NCBI RefSeq assembly: GCF_009914755.1
Contig: NC_060926.1
DNA: 64,000 bases
Strand: one strand, 5' to 3'
DNA from: the human T2T-CHM13v2.0 reference genome, Homo sapiens
The translations under genes were made by a program, and so were the position numbers. The notes beneath the pieces were generated by a model. It ran no database searches. It worked only from the letters and a program-made list of their open reading frames with translations, and was not told the DNA's origin. Positions within the stretch are counted from its first letter, which is position 1, and each line of letters begins with the position of its first letter. Below, piece by piece: positions 27,353 through 39,141 of the stretch.

Positions 27353-30076
27353 GTGAGTTCTCATCACAGAGCCTCACCATAATGGAAACTGCCGTGACTT
27401 CAGATGAGCTCTCATCACAGAGCCCTTTAAGCAGCCAGGGTTGGGGGACTTGGTGAAAACATCCAGGGGAGAACTGACCTAAGGACTTGGACAGGGGTGG
27501 CTGTGGCCATTTTTTCTCTCCCTCAGAGGTGGTTTTGAATGTGGAATGGAGGAGTCTACCCCTGGGTAAATAAATATACATAGGTATGTCATATGTATCT
27601 GTATTTATATTTATTGGCCTTTCTCAGGGCTGTTGACTCACAGGAACTCAGGAGCTGGAGAGGCAGCAGTTTTGGTGAGGGAGGTTGAGGGTGGAGGTGA
27701 GATGAGGGTAGACTGACCAGGCTACTTAGACTTCTCCACCGTCTCCCTCATCCCACATTATTTTCTTCCCTGGGTCCATGACCCCCAACCCTCCATCCTC
27801 AAGGAAACTTGAGCCTGCCTTTGCCTTGCTTTGAACCCTGAGCAACGGGCTCCCCATGGGTCATGGCTGTGACTGCAAATTGTGTTTGAAGAACAACCAA
27901 GTTTGGGAGGTGCTGTGTGCTCTGCGACCTTCTTTGAGATCCACACTTCTCAGCAGCTTATTAATAACTCAGGAAACATCTACAATTTGAAAAGAAAGAA
28001 AAAGCAGCAGAAGCAAGCAATCAAAGACACCTGTTGGACTCTGTGTAACCTGGCATTCTCCAACTCATTGCACCACTGAGCTTTTATTCTTCCTAGATGA
28101 TATTATTAACATTATGCAGATACAAGTGTTCCCCTGAAGGCAGTAGGAAGTTTAGGAAATTGTTCTATAAAGGTGGGACTTGGGAGCAGTTTCAGACTTT
28201 CCATATTCTTCAGCAGTCCCTCCCCAAGGCCTCCAAATAAACCTGCATTCTAAGAAAAGACAGAGGCTTGCTCTGCAGCTTCAAAGTAAATGCCCAAACT
28301 CAAAACACCCCCACCCCATGAGACTGCTGCCCCCTCACTCTCAAGGTCCTGAGTGATCTGACCCCTCCTGAGCAGCCTTACACTGTACTTCCCCACCCCT
28401 CTGGAGTCCCAGCAGAAGTGAGGGGTGACTGCCCCTCGCACAGCCAACACCTTAGCATTCTCTGCGTTACCCTCTCCCACTTCAGTCCTTTGTGTGGCCA
28501 AGTCCTGCTCCTCCTGCAGACTCACCCCAGTCCTCAATCGCCAGGAGGGAATGGGAGCAGGGTAGGCTGAGGAGCAGTCATTGGGCCATTGAAAAACACA
28601 AACCACACAACCTTCCCCAAGCACAGTTAATAGCCTCATTTTTCCCCCTGTATAGTGTACATACAGCAACCAGCTCTGCCCTGTTTTCTGGGACTTCCCT
28701 GGTTTTAGAATGAATAATCTCCAAGCAGTGTTCTTGCAACTGTTGCAAGGACCATGTTAAATTGCTTTAAATGTTGAGACCTGCACCTGGCACCTAGTAA
28801 GCGATTGTTAGTTGTTTTAAAGGAAGAGGAAATAACAGTCTCTTCTAACGCTGATTGTGTTGGACAAACTGTCCTAATAAATGCTGTCTTCACCTGGAAA
28901 ATTTCTGAGGGGAGTTCTGGGTATTTGAGCTTCTATAACCATCCATGCCTACTTAAGCAAGGTGTTATTCTTTCTTTCTGAACTTTGAGGTGCTTGGTGA
29001 TTGGAAAAGTCTAGAACCCCACCACTAAATCCATTCATTTATATATGCATGCATTTACTCATGCATTCAGTGAATATTTATTGAGTACCTACTATGTGCT
29101 AGATACTAAACTGGAGGCTGCACTTGTTCATTCTATATAATAAAGTCTAGCACCCACTTGAACTTGCTATGGCCCTTGCTTCAGGTCTTGCTACTGAGAA
29201 ACACCGTGAATGCTGGATCCTATACCCTGCCTGGTTCCTGGCTCCCGAGACCCAGATCCTGAGCCAGTGTTCACTGGGTCCCTGGGCTGCCTCAGTGCCT
29301 TGTATTATCTTCTTCCCCACCTCCAAGCTCCTTGGTGGCCCCAGACACCCCTAGCTTGGCCCATCTGTGTCCTGCTGTGGACCCCTAGCTGGGAGTCTGT
29401 TTTCCCCTCACCCATTATGACTCCTGACTCCAGCAGGCAGTTACTTATAAGAAAGAGGCATCTGGCAGCTGCACTGGGGAGAATGACCTCATAGCACTAT
29501 AATTAAAGTGATTATCTGAGTGGAAATGACTATTATGAAGCATCCTTCTCTGTTTTATTATGTAGAGCCATTGTAATGGGAACATGGGATTTCCTATGTT
29601 AACACTGATATTTCTGTGATCCAATAAATCCTTCTTCACAATCATCTCCCAGAGGAGAGAAGGCATTCTGTGCAGCAGCTCTAGGAAACATCCCGGTCCC
29701 CAATGTCCTAGACATCCTACCCTCTTTGGCCAGGTCATTAAGCTGTGAAAAAACACACTCAGTAACTTGGATAGTGTCATAGAGTGGTCCTTCCCACAGC
29801 AGAGTCAATGTAAAGACCTATGGGAGGGCTTCAGGAATGACTCCTCAGACAGGAGCCCTGGGAAGGGCTTCTCCAAGAGAGAAAGTGCACTCCAGAGGCA
29901 AGAGCACTGGCCAAGTCGTGACCTGATATCGGATGAGCTGTGTGATCAAGGGCACATCACGTCTCTGAACCTTGGTGTTCTTCCTGTGAGATGGGCCATT
30001 AACACCAGGCACCTCATAGAATGGATGTGAAGACTGCATGATAGAGTAGATAGAAGGCAGTTAAAGCAACACCTGG

Positions 30077-30516
30077 TGCTATGGTTTGGATGTGGTTTGA
30101 CCCTGCAAAAGCTCATGTTGAAATCTGATTCCCAAGGTGGCAGTGATGGGAGGTGGGACCTAGTGGGAGATATTTGAGTCACAGGGGCAGATCCCTCATG
30201 CATATATTAATACCCCCTTGAGGGAGGGAGGGAGTTCTAGCTGTCGTGAGACTGGATTAGTCACTGGAGAGCAGGTTGTTATAAAAGCAAATTCAGCTTT
30301 CTAAACTCTCTTGCTTTCTATATCACCTTGTGGTCTCTTTGCGAATGTCAGATCCCCTTCTGCTTTTTGCCATGAGTGGGAGTAGTATGAGGCCCTCACC
30401 AGATGCAGCTGCCCAATTTGGACTTCCCAGCCACTAGAACTGTGAGCCAAATAAACCTCTCTTCTTTATAAATTACCCAAGTATTCAGCTATAGCAACAC
30501 AAAATGGACTGAGACA
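30077..30516 (+). mobile_element. MaLR solo LTR (MST-like), copy 2
   Basis: Same termini and same CCTGG TSD as 26466-26905. Confidence 0.85.
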
Positions 30517-30904
30517 CCTGGTGTGAGCATCAGACACTCCACAAACATTCTTTCTTAAACACAACAAGAGTCCCTGCCTTCATACACAGCACAGATATCT
30601 GTTGAGCATCTACCACGTGCAGCACCACTCTCAGTGCAGGCATTAGGCAGATAACTCAAATGGGCCTGGAGTGACCTGGTGGTTCAGGTTCAAACAGTTC
30701 CATCCCAGTCAGTGACCAAGCAGAACCTGGTTCCTGGTCTGTGCATCCCTGCTAGGAGCAGTGGGTGCGCCGCACTGCTCCTTTCCACTTGGACCCATTC
30801 TCAGAGCTGCTCACACCTGAGCAAAGGATGCAGCTTGGGCCAAGGTGCTGCTAGGCATGGAGAATCTTCCTCTCTGACCTCAGATTCTTGTCCTCTGTTC
30901 ACAG

Positions 30905-30988
30905 AGCCTGATCCAGGGATGTCTGGATGGCCGGATGGCAGAATGGAGACCTCCACCCCCACCATAATGGACATTGTCGTCATTGCAG
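30905..30988 (+). CDS. GYPC: Glycophorin C exon 3 (84 bp, phase 1-1), (E)PDPGMSGWPDGRMETSTPTIMDIVVIA; carries the Ge3 region
   Basis: Acceptor ttcacag|AGCCTGATCCAGGG, donor ATTGCAG|gtgagc; peptide visible inside ORF 30679..31041. Confidence 0.98.
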
Positions 30989-32529
30989 GTGAGCTCTCAT
31001 CACAGAGCCCTTCAAGCAGCCAGGGTGGGGGGCCTTGGTGAAAACATCCAGGGGAGAACTGACCTAAGGACTTGGGCAGTGGTGGCTGTGGCCATTTTTT
31101 CTCTCCCTCAGAGGTGGTTTTGAATGTGGAATGGAGGAGTCTAGCCCTGGGTAAATATATATATACATGCATACATCGTACGTATCTATGTATGTATTTA
31201 TTGGCCTTTCTCAGGGCTTTTGACTCACAGGAACTCAGGAGCTGGAGAGGCAGCAGTTTTGGTGAAGGAGGTTGAGGGTGGAGGTGAGATGAGGGTAGAC
31301 TGACCAGGCTACTTAGACTTCTCCACCATCTCCCTCATCCCACATTATTTTCTGCCCTGGGTCCATGACCCTCAACCCTCCATCCTCAAGGAAACTTGAT
31401 CCTGCCTTTGCCTTGCTTTGAACCCTGGGCAAGGGGCTCCCCATGGGTCATGGCTGTGACTGCAAACTGTGTTTGAAGAACAACCAAGTTTGGGAGGTGC
31501 TGTGTGCTCTGCGACCTTCTTTGAGATCCACACTTCTCAGCAGCTTATTAATAACTCAGGAAACATCTACAATTTGAAAAGAAAGAAAAAGCAGCAGAAG
31601 CAAGCAATCAAAGACACCTGTTGGACTCTGTGTAACCTGGCATTCTCCAACTCATTGCACCACTGAGCTTTTATTCTTCCTAGATGATATTATTAACATT
31701 ATGCAGATACAAGTGTTCCCCTGAAGGCAGTAGGAAGTTTAGGAAATTGTTCTATAAAGGTGGGACTTGGGAGCAGTTTCAGACTTTCCATATTCTTCAG
31801 CAGTCCCTCCCCAAGGCCTCCAAATAAACCTGCATTCTAAGAAAAGACAGAGGCTTGCTCTGCAGCTTCAAAGTAAATGCCCAAACTCAAAACACCGCCA
31901 CCCCATGAGACTGCTGCCCCCTCACTTTCAAGGTCCTGAGTGATCTGACCCCTCCTGAGCAGCTTCACACTGTACTTCCCCACCCCTCTGGAGTCCCAGC
32001 AGAAGTGAGGGGTGACCGCCCCTCGCACAGCCACCACCTTGGCATCCTCTGCATTACCCTCTCCCACTTCAGTCCTTTGTGTGGCCAAGTCCTGCTCCTC
32101 CAGCAGATTCGCCCCGTCCTCAGTCCCCAGGAGGGAATGGGAGCAGGGTAGGGTGAGGAGCAGCCATCAGGCCATTGAAAAACACAAACCACACAACCTT
32201 CCCCAAGCACAGTTAATAGCCTCATCTTTTTTCCCCCTGTATAGTGTACATAGAGCAACCAGCTCTGCCCTGTTTTCTGGGACTTTCCTGGTTTTAGAAC
32301 GGAAAATCTCCAAACAAGGTTCAGTCCTGGGGTATGATTCTAACGTGTCTGCAGAGTGCTTAGAGTGGTTAGTAGCAGAACTGTGAGGAAGAAAAAGAAA
32401 AGGGAGGGAAGGAAGGAGAGGAGGGAAGAGGAAAGGAGAATCATTTTAGGAAGGCACAGGTTACAGTGCCACCACACAACAGGTTGGTGAAGCATGGGGA
32501 AGGAATGAACTGGCCTGTTTGGTGTTGGT

Positions 32530-32873
32530 ACAGTTGTCTCCAGTGTACACGGTTCAACTTATGAGTTCTTGAGTTTGGAATGGCGTGAATGCAAAAGCAT
32601 TCAGTAGAAACGGTACTTTGAATTTTGAACTTTGACCATTTCCCAGGCTGGCAATATATAGTATGATACACTATATTATAAAATAGTCTCTGGGTCAGAT
32701 GATTTTGCATGACTTTAGGTTAATGTAAGTGTTCTGAGCCTGCTTAAGGTAGGCTAGGCCAAGCTTTGATGCTCAGTAGGTTTGGAGTATTAAATGCATT
32801 TTTCATTTACAGTATTTTTAACTTATTATGGGCTTACAGGAACCTGGCTCCCATCATAAATCAAGGAGCATCT
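32530..32873 (-). mobile_element. MER47/Tigger5-like DNA transposon in GYPC intron 3
   Basis: taagtgttctgagc..ttaaggtaggctaggc..attaaatgcattttt..cccatcataaatcaaggagcatct. Confidence 0.7.
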
Positions 32874-32987
32874 CTTTTGGTTGTGGCATTGTATCTGTCC
32901 TCACACAACCCCTGTGGGTCTTGACCACCATCCCAGGCCCCAGAGCCCCTGCCTCAGACTGACCCTTGCACCTCTTCCCACCTGCAG

Positions 32988-33184
32988 GTGTGATTGCTGC
33001 TGTGGCCATCGTCCTAGTCTCCCTCCTCTTCGTCATGCTGCGCTACATGTACCGGCACAAGGGCACGTACCACACCAATGAGGCCAAGGGCACGGAGTTT
33101 GCTGAGAGTGCAGATGCAGCCCTGCAGGGCGACCCTGCCCTCCAAGATGCTGGTGATAGCAGCAGAAAGGAGTACTTTATTTGA
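32988..33184 (+). CDS. GYPC: Glycophorin C exon 4 coding part: transmembrane helix, band 4.1R-binding RHKGTY segment, C-terminal PDZ ligand EYFI (p55/MPP1)
   Basis: Acceptor cttcccacctgcag|GTGTGATT; ORF 32966..33184 reads [65 protein letters not shown]; 57+84+197 nt plus the known 49 coding nt of exon 1 gives 128 aa. Confidence 0.99.
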
Positions 33185-33712
33185 GGGACAACAGACTTCA
33201 CTTCCCTGAATGCCTCCCCCATCTCCATCAGGAAAAATACACCCCATCGCCCAGCACCCCTGCTGATACCACCAGACAGAGAGAGAGAGCACTTGATTCT
33301 TCCCGAGATAGCCACCTGGAAACACTAGGTGCCTGCCCAGGGAGGAACGGAGGAGGACTCGCGCTACAAGAGGCCACTCCCAGGGACCCAGGGAGGCGAT
33401 GGCCACCCCAGAGGCCACCTTTTGCTCCACGGAGGTGGGAGAAAATCTGGGCACATGGGGCCCCCTGGGCAGTGCAGGACAACATCAGCTCACTGGCAGG
33501 AAAGTCCTTGTTGAGGGTGAGGGGGTGCTGGGGTACCCGGGGGCTGGGGAAGCAAGGAAATAAGTCATCTGTATGCTGACTGGGGATAATGGCATCAAAT
33601 GTCAGTCCTTGACATTTGGGGGGAACAGCAGGTGCCAGAGCTAAAAGGTACCTTTGTCTGCCATTGATCCAGCTCAGAACGATTGGAAATAAATTTGAAA
33701 TGTAACCGAGCA
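33185..33712 (+). other. GYPC: GYPC 3' UTR (3' end approximate)
   Basis: Sequence between the TGA stop and the canonical AATAAA; cleavage site inferred ~15-25 nt downstream of the signal. Confidence 0.8.
33688..33693 (+). terminator. GYPC: GYPC polyadenylation signal AATAAA
   Basis: ggaAATAAAtttg about 500 nt after the stop codon. Confidence 0.85.
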
Positions 33713-36700
33713 TTCCGAGTCCAACAGTATTACTGTAGTTATCTGGGGAAAGATAAACGCCACCCAGGGCTTGCTTTTCACCTGTGCAATATTATATTCT
33801 CTGACGGGGCCAGGACAGTTCATTTCTGGCTCCTGTGGGGGCCAGTTCCCAGAGAGCACAGCCAGTACAGGCGGCTCCCAAGCCTGCCAAGGGAGGAAGG
33901 ACAAGTGACCAGCTTTCCTTTCCCTACAGGGGCACCAGCTGCATGAAACAAAAGGAAGGGTGAAATGTCCCTCTAGAAATAGCCGTTCCCAGTGGCCAGG
34001 GCACTAGCTGAAGTGTTGATTTTCCAAGGTGCAGTATTAGAACAAATGGACCTGATCCAAAAATATGAGTGAGTCTTGTCCTTCCAATCACAGTGACCGT
34101 GGCACCCAGGGGTGGAAGCAGAGGCTGCAGAGCTCCGCTCGATGGCTTTGGGTCCCAGCTCCCCTTTCCTGGTCCCAGGACCTTGAACAACTTGTTTGAC
34201 CCCTCTGGCCCCCGTGTTCTCCTCCCTCACGTACAAATGATGCTGATAATGACACCTCTGTTGTGCCTGACTCCCAGCGTTGAGGGTCAAGTGCTCAGAC
34301 CTCCCTGTCTTCCAGTGTCAGCAACTGTGTGCAGCCGTAAACAAACATTCTTCATTGCACTACTTCTGCACACTTCCTGAGGAGTAGCTGTCACTCAAAA
34401 TCACAGAGTAACAGGAAGAGAAGATGAACTGGTTAACCATCCCCTTCCAGGCGAGTTTTTCCAAGATTCCCAACAGCTCAGCTGTCACTCCAAGGACCAG
34501 CAGCTATGAGGTTAAAGACTGCACGCCAGGTGCTGGGGTCACCTAGGTACTCCCTGGGGCTCAGGATTCTTGAGGCTGCACCATCTCCACTTGGGAGTTG
34601 GCAGAAAGGTCCCAAAGATCTCCCTGGGAGGATTACAGGGAATGTGAGCTCAGTGGGGGGTCCACCTGTCAGAGGAGCTGGCAATCCTGGGGCCGTGGTG
34701 GGGGAGATGAGCTGGGAGCTCACAGAAGCAGTGATGGCAGAAGCCTGGTCCAAAAGTGAGACCTTTTCCTGGTGACCCGAGCTCGCAGGCCTTCATCTAT
34801 GAAATAAAGGGCTTGGCTGTATCTGCATGGCCCACACTGATCTTCAGAACACCAGTGTGGCAAAAATGGCGATAAATAGGCCCAATGAATATGCACAAGT
34901 CAGTTTAGAAAATGATGTATCATGTAAAGTGAAAGCAGTGCAGGCTCCTCAGCGTCTTCACTGGCCCAGTGTGGATGCTGACACTGGTGGGAGGGGAGCT
35001 GTGCACATAGCCTTTCCCAAGCATGTTGAACCAGAGACCCCATTTGCTCACACGATACCTGCTAGGAACTCGTGGACCAAGTGGTCCTCGGAGCACATTT
35101 TGGAAACACTCAGGTAAATGGTTTCTAACATCCCTTCCTGTGGCAATGCCATTTCAGGTTTTTGAGCACCCACATCTTCCAGGTTTGGGAGCACAGATCA
35201 CTGTCCAGTGAGCACAGAGGAGGCACCAGAACCTACACATAGACACTCATTGGGGTGAAAAGGCTCCAGAAGAGGATGAGCCCAGGGCTCTCGAGGCCTC
35301 CTAGAGAGCAGGTGCCTATGTGGGGGAAGGATGATGGTAACTCATTCCTTTCTCCCTCATTGGGCCCAGGGGCTGTCTATACTAAGCTTGACTCCCTGGC
35401 CACTCACCTCCCCTTCCTCACCTCCCTTTATCCTCACTCTTTTGCCTGCCTAGTGTCCTGGAAAACAATTGAAACACAGTCTGCTCCCAGTCTACTGGGT
35501 CCCCAGACCCAGCCAGAATCAGGCTCAGCAGCAGTAGTGATGACATGGAAGCTGCAGAGCTGGGTTGTCCCAGGTGGCCTAGCTCAGATGCCACGAGGAG
35601 GGAACTGTTGCAGGCTAACTGCAGAGGCCAGATGGCCACACCAGAGAGCAGGGCAACTTAAAGAGATAATGCACACACACACACAGAGTGCACACTGGTG
35701 GACACTTGTGGGCAATTAATAATCCTCTCTTAGATTAGGGACCAGGTTTTTAAATCTGATACTTCCTCCAGCAATGCACTAAGTCATTCTGCAGCACGTC
35801 TGCAACCAGTGTTAGTTGGGGTAAATAATGCACAAATTTGCACACACCAAAGAGTCAAAAAGACTGTTAAGAAGGAAGAAAGAGGAGAGGAAAGGAAGAG
35901 AGGGGATGGGGCAGAGAAGGGCTGGAAGAAGAGGGAAAGGGACAGAGCTCTGTCTGTAGAAAATCCCAGCTTCTTTGCACATAAGCCTCCTTTAATCCTC
36001 GAAATAATCCTGGCAAGTGGATATCCTTATCCTCCCTTTAGATCTGTAGAAATTGAGGTGCAGAAAGGTCAATGAGCTTTACTGGAGGTCTCACAGTTTC
36101 TAATGGCAGAGGAGCCATTTAACTCAGGCCTGTCTGGCCTCCCTTCAGGAGGTTGAGATGAGTCAGCAGGAGCTGCCCAGGGAGCAGAGCAGGTGGCATC
36201 AAGACTCATGGATGCTGGCATGACTGACCAGTGCTGGGATCAGAGAATCCCCAGCCAGGTCTCTGCCACCCAGTGGCCCTGGACAGTGATGGCCCAGGCA
36301 CCTCTGCCAGCATCCCCATCCCTAGTCAGAGCTGGCCTGGTTGAGAGGTCTCTCCTGGTGGCGAGAGATAATGCAGTGGAGCCTATCTGCTCTTGGTGGT
36401 ATGATTAGCTTATAGAGATAGCAAGTGCTGCCAGCCCGGTCACACCTCATCCACACTTCCAGCACCCAGGACGCTTGCACCCAGGCCAGTCTTATGAAAA
36501 GGAAAGTGATCATCTAGATTACATCATGCCAAAGCATCCCTACCAACACTTCTTAGATGATTTGTGCTTCTTCAAAGTGCTCATTCCCAAACTAAGAGTA
36601 TTTAGTGATTAAATTTCAGATTCAGAGACAGATAGATAATATATATGTGTGTGTGTCTGAGTATATAGCTGTAATCCACAAACATTTATTAGGTACCATG

Positions 36701-37748
36701 TAAGTGTTGAAATTACATAGCTGAATATAGCAGCCTCTGCCTTCAGGGGTCCCTAGCTTAGGGGAGAAGATAAACATGTAAATATATATAAGCCCTAAAG
36801 TATTATGGATGCTGAGAGAGTAGTGATACAGATCAATTTAAAACACTAAGGAGAGAGAGATCAGTTCTATCTTGGGAGTGAGATGGACTTAGGAAAGGCT
36901 TTAGAGAAGAAGGGAGGCTTGGGCCAGTTGCACAGTATATAAGGGCTTGACCACAGAGCGGCTTCAGTCCCAAGCTAAGAAATTAGGACTTTGTTGCATA
37001 GGTAATAAAGAGTCACTGAAGGAACAAGTCAGTCTCTATCATATGGATAAGATAATGATCAAGTTAAACAAGACAAAAGATGAAAATGCACCATGGAAAT
37101 TCACAAAGGGGCTTCAAAAGATCTAGCAAGGCTCAGACCCTGCCTGTGGAGCTGGAGGCCTCCCCACCCTGGGGCTCACCCACTCCTCCAGCTGCTCCAT
37201 TGTTTAGTCTGAATTTCACATGACTTGGCCCATCCTGCCTGGAGAGAGATGGATCTCATCTATTCACCAGAAGAAGCGGCAGGAGGTCAAGGCTTTGAGC
37301 CAATTGTTATGTAAATATTAGAGAGAATTTTTTCTTCTTTTTTTAATGGAAGGAACTCCCCTTCATGATTTTATCTTTTTGTCCTCCCTGGAGAGAATCT
37401 GCTCAATTGTTTTTCATTCCTTACCTAAAGATTTTTATCATCATAGCAACGGGAATGATTTAGGGGCCAACAGTACTTTAGCTGGCCCACTGCCACAAGT
37501 AGAACTACAGGCATTTTAATGTTTGCAATTTAGCATGTCAGCATGATGCTATGAAAAGAGAGTGGCTCTGGAATTGGACAGACTTGGACAAAAATCTCAT
37601 CTCAGGCACTAACTAGCTCTGCGTGACCTAGGAAGAGTTACTTAACTTCTCCGTGCTCCACGGTTCTTACCAGTAACATGGTGACAAAATATTTGCATTT
37701 TCATGTTTTGAATAGTAAGTTAAAGGAAGATATAAACTTGCCAAGAAT

Positions 37749-38188
37749 TGTGAAGGGTCTGAGGTTTTGCCCTGCTTTTAAGTGAGCAATTCGGCCTATA
37801 CCAGTTTCATAGATGCTGACAGAAGACATGAGATACCTGGGTCAGAGATAAAGGCACTTACAGCCCAGCAAGCAGCATGACATCAGCATATTTGAATGGC
37901 ATCTCTTCATCTCCAAGTTACACGTGGGTGATGTGGGTGATCTCAGAGGATGTTTATCCATATGGTGGGTGGAGTTCCAGAAGAGAAATCTTGAACCAAG
38001 AAAATCAGAATCTCATAATGGGCAGTAAAATGCCTGCCTTTTGCACTGGAGGGAGCTACTACTGGGTCTTCCAAGTCTGTTTAATACACAAACATCCTGG
38101 AAAAGGTAGTCAAGAACACAGTGCAGTTCCTGCCTCACTCAACAGATGTGAAAAATGCAAGAGACCCATGGAGAATTGTCTCCCAAAA
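37749..38188 (-). mobile_element. ERVL-type solo LTR (family not resolved) inserted in a MIR/L2 remnant
   Basis: Discrete ~440-bp unit tgtgaagggtctgag...gagacccatggagaattgtctccca, with MIR-like sequence on both flanks. Confidence 0.5.
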
Positions 38189-38825
38189 AGGTAGGCACTG
38201 CCTAACATTGTGCCTGGTACCTGTGAGTACTCAATAAATACATGTTGAATGAACAATGCAATGAACTAAATAACAGGGCTCATAGGTCTTTAAAGTGTCC
38301 CAGCTTTCTCTCCAGAAAATCAAAAACATCTTCTGTTTCTCAAACCACATGCAAGAGTTTAAAGCAGAAAACTTTTCTCCATCCTCTGGCCAGTGTATGA
38401 GAGATCTCACTGCAGGCTTGGTCTTTTTTATTGGTTTGCTATGACAGGAACACATAGAGGCATACAGCTGTGAGAATGTTTTGGTTCATGGGTGGATCCA
38501 TAAATCCAGAGCCCTGGCAATAAGGTTGGGTGGAGTTCGCCAGCCTCTATTCTAAGATCATCCTGTAATCAAGAGGTCTCTTGCCAACATTATAGACCTC
38601 CAAAGCTGATGTTAAGATATGCAGATCTCCTAGTTTTTTTAGAACCAAATACAAAAAAAAAGCCACCTTTAATTTTTCAAGTAGCTGAAATTATTATCAT
38701 TTTTTTTCTCTCAAAAAGTACTTAGAAACAAGTTCTATATTCAGCTTTCTCAAGATAAAGCTTCCTCTGGGCTTACTGAGATTCCCTAAGTCAGAGTGAG
38801 GCCACTCCTTTCTCCAGGGAAGGAC

Positions 38826-39141
<316 letters not shown>

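Larger units (their letters stand above)
25133..28724 (+). repeat. ~3.6 kb tandem duplication, copy 1 (contains exon 2)
   Basis: Colinear with 28741-32313; exon offset 3609 bp; paired ORFs 25558/29210, 26156/29767, 27882/31469. Confidence 0.95.
28741..32313 (+). repeat. ~3.6 kb tandem duplication, copy 2 (contains exon 3)
   Basis: Starts tgttgcaagg like 25133 and ends ggttttagaa..aatctccaa like 28701-28724. Confidence 0.95.

Noticed and set aside
27882-31666. Pairs of identical or near-identical ORFs suggesting a duplicated gene family
   Set aside because: They are chance intronic ORFs copied by the 3.6-kb duplication
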